Made by a program: the position numbers and the translations under genes
Notes under the pieces: generated by a model
Told to the model about the DNA's origin: nothing
The model's database searches: none
What the model saw: the letters and a program-made list of their open reading frames with translations, nothing else
Shown: positions 27,237 through 45,500 of the stretch, piece by piece
Position numbering within the stretch: the first letter of the stretch is position 1
Layout: each line of letters begins with the position of its first letter
NCBI RefSeq assembly: GCF_000150275.1
Contig: NW_002060948.1
Location: forward strand, 682,001-746,000
DNA from: Trichoplax adhaerens
Lineage: Eukaryota > Animalia > Placozoa
DNA length: 64,000 bases
Direction of reading: 5' to 3'

Positions 27237-27389
27237 TTTAGTGCGTTGTACGGACGGGGACTTCGTGATATTATTGTCGACAGACTGGCCAATGGCCTAT
27301 TCTATACTGTACTATACAGTACAGTATAGTAAGGTACAAAAACGGTCGCGATAGCCGGAGCTTTTCCTCTTCCAACATCTTGTGCAATC

Positions 27390-29492
27390 ATGGGGACCTC
27401 CGCTGCTGATGTAGCTGCTGCTTGTTATTCGCCTGATCAATCAACTCAAGGCTTTTTTTTCCAACAAACAATGTTGCGAATTAAAGATCCTAAAGCTTCC
27501 TTGAAATTTTATACGCAAGTTCTTGGAATGAGGTCAGGCTTGAACTTGACTGTAGTTGTGCTGGAAAAGTAAACAATCAAAGGGGAAAGAAGATATACAG
27601 CATATAAATGCTTCTAAACGCATACATTCGACTTAGTACTTACTCGTAGTGGTTCCCTGTAAGCTGTAGATAGTTAAACGATAAAGTAACTAATGACTAG
27701 CAGCTTTGATGGCACATACAGTAGTTAGTGTTGTTGATCGATAAAATTTTAGTGGATGTCGTGGGTTAAAATGATTCGCTATTCGTTAGTACTTCATCTT
27801 CCTTCTAATTACTGTTAATATCAAATCGTATTGATTAGGCCTGCGTTGTCAACAGTTTTAACAGTTTTATAACAACAATACAAGATTGCTTATTCCAAAT
27901 AATACAGGTCGAGAGATTTCCGTTCGTACCTGCTGATATAGAATATAAATAGTAGTGACAAGAATAGAAAGCGGTGCGGATAGTTCTGTCTCCGACTACG
28001 AAACTGATTGATTGTGCGCGAACCACCGGATACCCGGCGGAAACGTATAGGAGGAAGGAATCCAGTTAGATTTCGTCATGGTTTGCCTCTACTCGTACGA
28101 TATGCTAATGCAGGAGTAGTTCCGTCAACGTATGCAATAGAATTTGTCTTTGTACAAACATACCGGTATTGATGAGAAAAGGCAAAGAAAGAAGTCCATC
28201 CCTCAATTTTATTCCTCATCCGCTTTACTACTGCACACAATTTTTGAAGGATAGAAGATGACATTTATATTGATTTCAGTTCAAGTATTGACCCACTCAT
28301 TGATTGTCTATAACTGAAGAATCCTAGTCTCATACTATAAACAGTACAAGCGCACCGTTTCATCCTATTAGCTACCTACTGTACTACTGCAATTAGCTGA
28401 GACCATTACAACTTGGTAGTAGAATCCTTATCTTAAATCTTATTCCAATCATCTAATTGGTATTTTGAATTGAATTGAACAGGTTATTAAAACGTTTCGA
28501 TTTTGCTGGTATGAAGTTCAGTCTTTATTTTATGGGTTATGAGGATCCCAAAGACATACCTGAGGATGAAAACGAGTTAGCATCTTGGGTTTTCCAGCGT
28601 AAAGCTTGTTTAGAATTAACTCAGTAAGTTTCTTTCGTGTCACTATTAGCAAAAATGCTCTTTCTTTCCAGCAAATCCTCATTACAAGTTGTTGAGACAA
28701 TTACGCATACTTCCTTTGCAATATAATGAAAGATTGATTAATATATAATATCTTTATCCATTATAATGTAAACTTTAGCAACTGGGGAAAAGAAGAAGCT
28801 GAGGGCAGTATCTACCATAATGGCAATTCTGATCCGAGAGGATTTGGTAATCAACAATTTAAAATCTAGTAGTATCCAGTTAACACATGCGAACGGAAAT
28901 GTTGTTTGTACTGATATAATTTTAGCATGCTTTTAACATTTTATGGATGCTATATAACTCATTTGCAGGTCATATTGGCATCTATGTGCCTGATGTCTAC
29001 AAAGCGTGTGAGCGATTTGAACAACTAGGCGTTGAATTTGTAAAAAAACCGGATGGAGGTAATGCTCACTACAATAATGTTGTAGACGAGTAAAAAAGTA
29101 GCATTTATATGAGTTATAGATTATTCTACCTAGTCATACTGCTGTATGCGATGTAGTAACATTTGCTTGCCAACGTCAAAATGGCCCGTTTGTAATATAC
29201 AATTGTTAATCGTTATTGCGAAGACTAGATATTCATTAGATGAGCATATTATTATAATACTAGCTGAATTTGTTTTTAAAAGCTATTCTAGCATGGTAGC
29301 ATTACTCATAGATCAAAGATAATTTATAGAAAATGGTTGATTGTAAACAATATCTTCATATATTTGCATGAAATGTCTCTCATTTACTCCCGTACTATAA
29401 AACTAGGTCAAATGAAGGGTTTGGCATTTATCAAAGACCCTGATGGATACTGGATTGAAATATTAAATGATAAAATTGGAAAGGCAATTTAG
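27390..29492 (+). CDS. GLO1: Lactoylglutathione lyase (glyoxalase I), 5 exons
   Basis: [57 protein letters not shown] and [17 protein letters not shown]. Metal-ligand Q/E/H/E motifs are present. Confidence 0.97.
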
Positions 29493-30595
29493 CTATGATT
29501 TGGTCCAGCAGAATCCGAACTTGTTAAACAAATTGGTTTTAAATTTTTAGTCAGTGTGTTTATTGGTACTTTATTACCATTTATGATATTATCAATTTGT
29601 AATAGCTAGATGAGAATGAATAAACTACTTATAATAATGCTTTTGCTGCACCGCGCTCTTTGTCTATAGTTTGATACTAGTGGTGGTAAAATTTCTCGTA
29701 ATCGCTGCTTATGTCACATTACATTGTACATTATACAAAGTCTCGTGAAATCTTTAAATGAATCCACGACACCAATACGTATAACAAGTGATAGCAATGA
29801 ATATTCTTCATGCTGCATCATAACTAAAGTATTTTAAATTAATTTCCGGCTTATATCTCGGGTATATAAACGAGATATATCATTATATACATATAAGTTT
29901 TAGGCTGCCATCCGGCAAATGATATAACGAATGGTGTCGCTATCAATTTATACCTTTGAATCTAATTTGTTACAATAGTGACCGAACGGCAGGATAGATT
30001 CGATGTAATTATAGGTAAACGCTTTATTTTATCATTTTAGGTTAAACATAAAAATACTAATTCTTTAAAATATACAGGGTAATCAAATATTTAATTTTTA
30101 AACAGATCATATATAGGATCTAATCCACAAATGATTGAGATGATTTCAAAGTATATAATAATAATAAAAAATAATGTCATTTCTGGGAAATTAACTTTAA
30201 GGCCATTGGGAATAATTTAAGTTAATATTTTCATAAATTCGGCCCTGTGTCAGGTTCAAATCAATATGATTAATGAATAATGGTGAACAGAAGCAAAGGC
30301 TTAGAATCATAGAATAAATATGAAAATAATACTAATACAAAATTGACAGTATCCATGATCTATAAGATAACTTTTATAAGCCTTCTCGTTAATTCTATAA
30401 CTGGCCTTGCTTCAAGCCGTGGCAATCTTCAATCGTTAGCAAAGTAATTATATAGTAACTGACAATATGATTAAAACGAAATATACACGCCCGTCAATAA
30501 TTTGCGTAAGAACATCAGGAATGCTATTCAGGAATTTCTTCATTGATTTGGAGTACAAACAGTAGACCGAGGCATCCACTTTTGTCCATCATAGA

Positions 30596-33500
30596 CTACA
30601 TCTTTGCTAGAATATCTAAACAATTTTCACAACAATAAATTTGCGCTTGATCTACGATTTTACTATATATAGTATCAGTTCTAACTTATATTGTAATCAT
30701 ACGACTATGTAATTCATAATTTTTTTACCATGATATATGTATTCTGTTAATAGCTGAGGTACTTGCTCATTGTTGTCGCATATGCCTTCCATAACTAAGT
30801 CATTGTGGGGTAAAGAAGAACTCATCACATTAACATACGTAGGTTCATTGTTGAGGAGATTAATTCGATTTTAAAAAACACAAACCCGAAAAATCAATCA
30901 AAGACATAGCAAGACAAAACGTCTTAACATACTAGCAAGAATCTTTAGTATTGATGAAAGAGGCAATATCTTTCCATCTTCTGGCTCACAATACGGGATG
31001 GTTAGAGTTAAAAACTGTAGGCGCATAGGTACAATACATGTGATTTATTAAAGGGGAATTTATTTTTTTTTCCATTTTAGAACAATAAATGATAAATCAT
31101 TTTTAAAAATAATACTTTACCACATTAGATTTATCACTGGATGTCTTGGTCGATTTTTTCTTGCTATTTCGAGTAAATTCACGTCTATCTTCTAATTGTC
31201 TTAGCATAGCAATAAAACGTTGCCGTACCAATATTTGATTGGTGTATTCTTCACGTAACCTTAATTGGTCAATTAGTTCACTAGAGATTGCTTCATTATA
31301 TTCGGTATATTCTTCCTTTATTTGAAGTAATTCATTCATTTGGCAATTGGATAGAGCTAAGGCTGAGAAAAATAAAAGCGCACAATATTAAAGAGTTGTA
31401 AAAGTTAAATGACTATTCAAGTATTCAGATTTTGCACATGAATATTAATATACATGTAGGACATGTAGTGTTTAATTAATGTGTCTTTTCCTTAATATCA
31501 TACCCATATTCTTATCATCTCCCTGGAAAAAATCTAATAAGCTATAATCATCCTTCGTGGATTCATCAGCAGAAATAGATTCGGTCGAGTCATCTTCATC
31601 ATGTCTACCATCGTCCTCAGATATCATTAGATGATACATACCAAAGATATCGCAGGTGTAATTTTTTATCGGACTTGAATTTGACCTAGTTGCTTTTAAT
31701 ATCTTTCCAATAAAGACAACAACACGTTCATTATCGAGTGTATATTCATAGAATAAGAAACTGTGAATCAGTAGATATTATCATTTTCTTTCGCACTACT
31801 TTACATCGTCGCTATTTAAATACTATGAGAAATTCCACCCCGAAAATTTTATATATATTTTGATTATGGTTTAGACACCTATGCAATGCTAGAACCGAGT
31901 AATAACTAATTGCATGATCTAATTTATAATCATCTATTGCGTAAGTTGCGAATTTTTAATTTACAGCCGATCCAGCGCAGAGTGTACTGTATGTTGCTTT
32001 AATTTCTGAAGCAGTGCTAAATAGTATTATAAGATCATTAAGCATCCTTGATATCGAGTAAAAAGCTATAAGAGCAAATATATGAGTATGAGTATGATTT
32101 ACAGTATGTCTATAGTTTATCATTCTTTATTTCTGGATTGTAGAGATTTCCATAGCTACAGTAATTTAGCCTAATACCTAAGTAATCTATAAAATCCGTA
32201 ATTGTAAGAGTACATGAGATTTTAATCAGTCACTGCCAAAAACATCCTTTACCTTATCCATGTCTATGTCTAGTGTGGATAATGTGATCATGCATGCTCT
32301 TGAATTTGGCCAGTTAAGTGGTTGATCGTAGTTGCGTAATCTTGTCTGCAATGAGTTCCACAGTCTACAATATTGATAAATTTATACTATTTCATCAGCG
32401 CATAGGGATTCATTGAAAAGTAATATTTACGTTATCTTCGCCTAAAACCTAAGTAAACGATATCTAAAATGTATTTCAATTTCATAAATTAGCACAACAA
32501 TTTCTCTTCTATTGTATAGTCAGTGATGCTATAATATCGAGAATGAATTTATTTTCAATAAAAGCAATGAAAGAGCAATATGATGTAGAATGTAGACCTT
32601 CATCTACTTCTAATACAAGATGACTGAAACAGCAGAAGGAATGTTGATATAGGTATTCTAATGGAGATTTGCTGTAAGATAATTTAAAGAGAATAGGGTG
32701 TAGTATGAAGTGATCGGTATAGAAGATCGTTAAAAATTTGGCTTAGGTAGATTTAATATAACGTATTTTTGGTCTTTAAATTTTACAACGCATGTAGTTT
32801 TAGAAGTTGTTCTAATGTACCAGAATTTGCAAATTACAATTAATGATCTCAGATGTCTGGGTGATAGTTTGTTACTATGATGATGATATAGTACAGTACT
32901 TTCCTTCGTATCATACAGTTATACTGGTTACTCAAAAGATATTTAGCAATTACTATTAATAATTATAATGACCTCTGTAGTGCCGTACAGATACTATATC
33001 AATATTAATCATAAAAATTTCAGAGTATTGTGTTTAGAGATATGGTACAGCACTAAATTTTAACTCAAAAATCATGATTGTAAGGTAGGTTTTATTACCG
33101 GTCGTAATCAAATGTCCATCTAACCCATATCGAAGGGATATCAAGACTATTCAATTAAAATGATGAAAGCACGATCATTATCAGCTAGGAGAAAGGAGTT
33201 TACATTTTCATTTGAGCACAGGCTGACGAAGTGCAGTGTTCAAACCATGACGATTTGTACAATTCGTATGTTTTTATGGCTAGTTTACGATTTCGTCCAA
33301 ATTATCATGATTATGATCGATCTAACTAAGTAAGCATCATTTTGATGATCTCTCACCTAGCCTAGCATGCAGGCATTTACTGGTGGTAGTACTGTATACA
33401 TTCATAAAGTGTAGTTGCCCATGAATGCTGTATGCACATTCATACGCGTATATGAAACGATGAATATGATTATTCGGCAATGCCGCTATCATTGCATATT

Positions 33501-34043
33501 GAAAACACGTACGTATATCACAGATATAACCATCAAGACAGTATAACAACAACGTTGATAACGACTTTCGTTGTGATTTTAATCATTTTCCGTTGTGTAA
33601 AAAATGACTCATAGTGGAATTACTTCTAAAATGGCTATTCAACTAAGGGGCAAAGTATTGATTGATTTTAATCTTTCTAATTAGTACATTCATTAATTAA
33701 TAACAACATCATGACATACTGTACTATACCTATCCTTGCTGATGATATCTGATTCATAGGTTAATAAGCGTAATGGGTCTGCTAAGTAAATATCTTCCAG
33801 TTGAATTTTATTATAACACATGGAAATAGCGTCTTGAATAGACTGAAATGATTGTGTAAGATGACAACAGGTGAATTCCAATGCCATTCCACGTATTTGA
33901 TGATCGATATCAGCTACTGTAGTTGGCGGAGCTAATTCATCATTCGTATCCTTTACAAAATTACAATCGCCTTCTATCCATTGGATATCGTCGAAAAAAT
34001 GATCGTCTTCATTTTCTGCATTGGGTGATTTCGAGGAATCCAT
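30596..34043 (-). CDS. FEZ: FEZ/UNC-76 family kinesin-1 adaptor, multi-exon
   Basis: ISSELIDQLRLREEYTNQILVRQRFIAML (cf. YSEELVQQLALRDELEFEKEVKNSFISVL), FLTLTIPY, C-terminal DNNEQVPQLLTEYI (cf. DSEKVPSLLTDYI) and N-terminal LWNSL...LNW. Confidence 0.85.
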
Positions 34044-35493
34044 ACCTTGAGTAGCTACAGTAGAGTGAATGGCGGGGGGGGGGGGGAAGGAGGGAGCTAT
34101 AGGATTCGCTATATCAAATCTACAATATCTTCGATGGCCTACAGCACCCAATTGAGGAAGCTACTGTTTGCATATTTTAAGTAATTCATATCACTGCACT
34201 ATAGTGTACTGTACATTTAATCGTGTACAATGTCTGTCATGCTGTCTAGAAAACTGCGCAGGTATTCTACCATTTTGGACTCCATACGAGTTATGACTAA
34301 TACAGGAACTACTGTAGTCCAGTAGTATCTAATAGAGATAGAAGGAAACCTATGGTAGTACTATATTCGATTTTATTCTGTCTATGGGTAAAAGGCTAAT
34401 GTCATGTTGAATCTATTTTGCATAATCAGACAGTATAATTTATCCATGTTAGTATACTTAGTATTATATTGACTTTGATTTATATCGATAGACGTACGTG
34501 TAAAAACATGCTTCAAAGCTGTGCAGAAACCTATGCAGGTATTCTGCCATTGACTACGCCTGATGACTAGGGTTAACTAGTAGCATTGCGGTATTGACCT
34601 TCTGAGCTAATTCTATATACAAATTAAAACACCGAATTTATATCCAAACAACGGATAAAGTATAGGAAACATTTTTGCTGTAGTACAATACTCGTCGAAT
34701 CAATTAATAGTAGATTGGCACTGTATTTTATTTGTTTGTTTACTGTATATATAGTACAATCAGACACTCGTGTTTTGCGACTTCTTCCTTCATCACTCAG
34801 GTATTGTACCACTTCCTACGACTTTTGACCGATATATCTCGATAATATCAATATCGAGTAGTATAAAGGCTAACATCGTTTTAAATCTGCTTTATTTTAC
34901 ATCATTGCAAAGTGAAAAGTCCATGTTATACAGTATACCATGTATCGCGAGTGTGAGTTCGGCTAGTCAATCAATTGAAATTGAATTTAATCGAGCTAAC
35001 GCTAGGGGGAGGGTGAGAATAATTCAATAAAGTTACTAATTTTAGTATGTACAGTTAGTAAGAAGGAAATGAAGCCAGGTACAGCAGTCAAACAGCTCCT
35101 GTAGATGGACCTAGTACAGTACTGACAATATATCGAATAGTCCATGATAGGTTGCAAGAATCTTCTTCAACTCGACATCGCTGAAACAGCTCTGTACGCG
35201 TATTGCATATTAGTCTGAATGTTTCAGCGACGTTTGGTTGACAATTTTTACAAGCTAGAGATGGCCTACTGTACAGTGGAAAGAGAGAAGGACGACATAG
35301 TGACCGTTCAGTGGAAAATAATGACGAGCTTCTTATTTTTCTAGCCATGCTACCACTGAAACTATACTATACTGTATACTGTAAAACCAGGGAACTTCTC
35401 CAATTTTTTTTATCCGTTAAAATGATCAGCAAAATAGTCAACCCCTCATTTTACTATATTGAATGACTGTTCCTGTTTTCTCTTTCTTAGTAC

Positions 35494-35865
35494 TGTACAG
35501 TCATGGACTACTAGAAGAAGATCTAGACCCGATCACTCTTGGGCGTTGGCCAGATACCATCAAACAATGTCCTAAACGTTTGCGGAAATGGTGGACTCTA
35601 AGAGACTATCTAACTCTACAAGATGACTACATATAGACGACATGCTATACATATAAAGACATTATCTCAATCCCATCTAAAACCTATAAATACCCTTGTA
35701 CGCTAACTCGTTAGTCAGTTCCTACATTCCTGCTATCTCAAATACCTTATCTATAACAACCATATCATTGTTAGCCTGTAACTTGTATCTCAATAAAATC
35801 CTTTATACCTTCTATCATCGTCTACCTTAAAATACTTTACGCTACTTAAAGAAGATATCATTACA
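35494..35865 (+). mobile_element. Ty3/gypsy LTR-retrotransposon remnant: short pol fragment plus LTR-like 3' end
   Basis: 35502-35636 translates ...ITLGRWPDTIKQCPKRLRKWWTLRDYLTLQDD, resembling the GWP...P..L..YW..RDEL linker between RNase H and integrase. It is followed by TATAAATA (35685), AATAAA (35792) and a TACA end (35865). No target-site duplication found. Confidence 0.65.
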
Positions 35866-36232
35866 GGCGGACAGACATTTCTTGCCTTATTTCGTCAAAA
35901 TATTTCGTTATGACTGTACTGTACTTTAGCATAGAGACGGTCGATTTGGGATAGAATGATTTTTTTTTAACTGTAAATTAAGTCATCTTGCGTTGAATCT
36001 GTTACTAAGTTCCGCTTGGAAACAGTTACATAGGATCGTCGATGTTATTGAAATTAGTACCAATGACTTCGAAAATAGACACGGAAGATCCACGCCAAAT
36101 AATGTTGCCATTTATCGATATTTACAGCCTCATTGGGTAAGGAAAGTCTGTCCGTCTGAGCGAACGATCAGTTCAGGTCTTCTTCCAGGGTAGTTAACTC
36201 GCCACAAAGGTCAGAATTCGCAACAATACATA

Positions 36233-36291
36233 TTCGCGCCAAATTGAACATCATGTGATCAAATCTCATCAATCAGGACATTTCGCGCCAA
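36233..36291 (+). promoter_or_regulatory. Two E2F/DP binding sites upstream of MCM5
   Basis: TTCGCGCCAAA (36233-36243) and TTTCGCGCCAA (36281-36291), near-perfect DHFR-type E2F elements in CpG-poor DNA. Confidence 0.75.
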
Positions 36292-36722
36292 GTTAGCGCG
36301 ATTGTGCAGGCTTTTTTTCAAACTATGATGGCTAGCACCACCATAGGTGATATAGATTCGTTTAAAGTTGACTATTGAACGTGTAGTTAAGGTCATTTTA
36401 AAGTCATGAATTAACATCTCAAAAGGATTGCATTCTACTCCGATCGAAGTAAAGGTGTTATTGAAACGTGATTTTGCTACTAGGTAGTCTTGCAAAAGGA
36501 GTTTCAAATCGAGATTTCATCATCGGTGATTTTATACAACGTCAATTGTGGAAAGGTGCTTACGTGAGGTATAACTAACAGCTGCTATCAAAGCATTGGC
36601 AATTACATTATTGAAGAGTAGACGAAAAGTAAGATTGCAATCAATAATTCATAATTTAGCTACCTGGCTGACGTAACAAGTGTCTTTTTGCAGGTTAAAC
36701 GTTTCTTGATCGATACAGTAGC

Positions 36723-41623
<4,901 letters not shown>

Positions 41624-42557
41624 CCTTACCACTTTTTACGTGATACTCAGAACTAGTATTAATGTAAGGAGTTGATGCAGTCGTATATATAAAAGCTACT
41701 GTAGAAGTACGGTAGTATAACTTCGATCAGAGGCCAGGTTCGTTTATTTCATTTATACGAGTGTAAGGAATTAATGTATTATTAGCAATGAACAGACGCC
41801 AAACCTGGTTTACCTTTGATGGTCATACGCTAGTAATGTAAACCGTAAATTGCATGTTATCGTAACCTCAACAATACTATCTAAGACAATGTTATTCATT
41901 TTCTTTTATTGCGATTTTACTTTCCGTATATTTGGTAATTAAAATATGTGAAAAATGGTAATTGTATTCAGCGGTTTGATCATAACAAATAATTTTAGTA
42001 TTACCAACTGTGAAAAATTTAAAGAATTTTTTATCAACGTTATAAAATACTGTACACACCAATTACTCGACACAGTGTGAAAGTATTAACGTTTTTTTCA
42101 TTATTGTAATGGAGCCATTATTCAAGTTAAATGCATATAGGATTCAAATAAAGTTTCTTATCTTACTGACTTAATCATCTGACTTGACGCATTGAACTAA
42201 ATACCAAATTAATTTTACGTTGAGCACTAATTTAATATAATAATATTTATATTATAATAATTAACCAAAGAATATTTTTGAATGATGAAATACATGAATC
42301 ATCAGTAGCCAGAGCTAAAATTTTCGGCTTCTGTGAACACGAAATCCATGGGCTAAGTGAGTTACATATTGCAAAACTAGCACATTTATTAAGATGACTC
42401 ATATTGCCGCTTCAATTGATGATATTTTTAACCTAATTTTACGTTACATGAAAGTCAAATCAACTCGTTTTGCTCGATATGGAACAAAATATAAAACTGA
42501 TCGAGAATGAGCTATAAATAGCTTGCGTAAATAATTTTAATTAATTAATATCCAAGT

Positions 42558-45500
42558 TTAAAGTCTTGTCGAATTGACAGCTGTAAAGAAAAATATTCAG
42601 AAAGTGAGTCAAAATTACTAATTATCAGATAACCTTCGCCGTGTAGAAACTACGAAGTCTCACCTTGCAGTACTTCTGCTTTCGCATTATCAATATATCT
42701 TCCAACAGCATCCATAATATCTTCTTTCATTTTATCAAAAATTGCTTCAACCGCACTGGCAGATAGATTTGACGGGGCAGTTGATTGCCTATATAAGTAA
42801 GTCTGTATTAGATTTCGAAGCTGTTAGAAGTAGCGATGGTCATTAATTATACGCATTATGTCCATACTGATTAAGATTAGTGGGTTGGACTGCAGAAGTA
42901 TTATTCATTACAGGTCCGTTCTTCGGCACTAAAGAATTGAATTTCAAATTATCATTTTCCTTTTAGAATTGCAATAGTTGTAGATATAGTAAGAGAGATA
43001 ACTGAATTACCAGAAGAAGAATTTGACTTAGATTGAGAAACAGTAACAGTTTTTTCCGGTTCCTAAATACAATTGATTTAATAAAAGACTGAAATATTCG
43101 TATATTTTTACAAGTTTAAAAGTCAAATGTATATGTATAAAAATAAAAAGCGAAAGTTTAATTGTAAAATCACTTTCAGCTAACCTCGGATTTATTGCTA
43201 CTTGCGAATCTATAAATTATCAATATAAAAGAAATGAATTATTCAATGATCCTATAATTATAGAATATGGACAGTTTTGATTGCCTGAATTGCATACCGT
43301 TCAGCCAATTTCCTATGCATTTCTGACATAATAGAACCTCCACCACTACCACTACTTGTCGCAGGAGCATTGTTTTGTTTTTTTTCCTTAAAATAGAATA
43401 AGAAAAGCTAAAGAAATGTGACTTTATTGTTTCGTAACAAAAAATGTAATACCTTGGTGGCTACTGATCTTAGTTTTACGGAAGACAGACCGCTTAGTAA
43501 TCCACCTTTACTAGGTAAGTTAGCGTTCGAATTAGCTGTTGGAGCAGGTGGTGGAGGTGGTGGTGGTGGTTGTGAACCACCAGTAGGTGGGGCCACACTT
43601 CGTAGAGAGTGACTACCAGCCATTAAGGACGTAGGTGTTGGCGCCGGTGGAGGTGGAGGAGGCCCTGAAGTAGTTATCGATGTAGGCATTGGAGTTGGAG
43701 CTGGTGGTGGAGCGGGCGCTGGTGGTGGAGCTGGTGCTGGCGGTGGAGCAGGCGCTGCTGGTGGAGCGGGCGCTGGTGGTGGAGCGGGCGCTGGTGGTGG
43801 AGCGGCTGCTACTGGCGTAGGCATAACCTTCGACACATTTGAAGTTGGTGCTGATATAACCTGATGACTATTACTAACGTTTCCAACATTCACGCTTCGC
43901 GGTGCATCAAATGCAGCATGTTTTTGATCAAGACCAGGAGTTGACGGAGCTGATCCTCCAATTATAGTAGAAGAAGGCCGATTCATGTTGGAAAGGGGTG
44001 GACGTGATGGCTCGCCTGTGTATCAAAGTACCGAAAAAATTATCAAGACAGTAAGTACTCCTCTATGAACAAAGTATATATATATACACTGACTAATGGT
44101 TACATAAAATGGATTAGCATTATTGAATTTCTAATTTTTGTCTGATACAACGTAACAACTTACCTGAATTTTCAGTAAGGCCAACCGGTGGTCGAAAACT
44201 CTAAAAAATAAAATTACACAACTTACTTTTAATTCGTATCTCGATTACCTAATCATAACAGATATTGGTAACAACCCTCATCTAAAAAATTTTCTAATTG
44301 ATAGCAAGTGTTGTATCTTTAAAAGCCAAATTACACGTGACAATATTCAGCACAGGTTACTTAACAGATCGTTATTAATTTTAGTGTAAAGTACCGTGTA
44401 TAATTGGGGTTACTCATTTATATCAATAAATCTTTACAATATCTCAGTGTGTTTATTGTCTATCAAAGTACTTGTATTGCATACAAGTTGATATAACAGC
44501 ATCAATCGATATCATTTCTATCTCAAATTAGCATACCCTTGGTAAAGTTTGATTTTTCTTGTTAACTCCCATAGCGATCGATGATTGTGCCGCTAATATG
44601 AAATGAAATGATTAGTTAAATTGAATCAAGTTATACAGTATAGCCAATTGGTGATATTTACGTATCTACCAGTAATACTATAATCATTGATGACGTATGA
44701 AATCAGTAACAGTAGCAAAGTACGAAAAGCGTAAATTAAGACGAATTTGACAATATAGTCTTATTACATCATTGAATAAATGCATCAGCAGAATTTCAAT
44801 TAAGTAATAAATGTATCTTTAGTTAAAGCCGTAAATCTTAGCCTAAATAGGAGCTAATATAAATTTGATTGATGCACACACGTATAATATCATGATACCA
44901 TCCAAGTGCAAAGAGTAAAAGAGCAATAGGTAAACTAATTACTGAATTATCTTGGTTGATTATGAAATTGTTAAAAAGGAATAGTGGTGCCATTGACAAT
45001 TCAATTGCGAATATTAACTGTCTCTACTAGAGATGAGTATACGTGCCTTGAAGCAGAACTAGTGTACGAAAATAAAATTAACTCAACGTGTATGTTATTC
45101 AAGGTATCAACACTAGCTATGTCAACGGTTCAAAATTCTATGTGATAGAATGTAGGTGAAACCTCTCTCGTATACAGGCACAAAATAATAGAAGTTTGAT
45201 GCATATCAAAAGTATATACTATTGATAAATTTTTAAATAATTCACTTGTTGGACTCAGTCCTCAATTAAGTAACTACAGTTAATACTTGAAATACAAAAG
45301 AATCCTTCATATTGAAATGAGTATCAAATACTGTATAACACATATAAAAGACGAAAGGTTTCCATCTACTGTACTGTACATATTTACGATGCTAAGCTAA
45401 TAATAACTATATAATCATGAATGACATGATGTCAATGGTCCATAATAGTAAGCAACTAGCATTTACTGAAAAAATAAAGAAATTCTTACCAGCAACTAAA

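Noticed and set aside
27222-27260. CTGATGA as a hammerhead core
   Set aside because: No stem II-GAAA follows. It is half of a DNA palindrome better read as a bZIP site.
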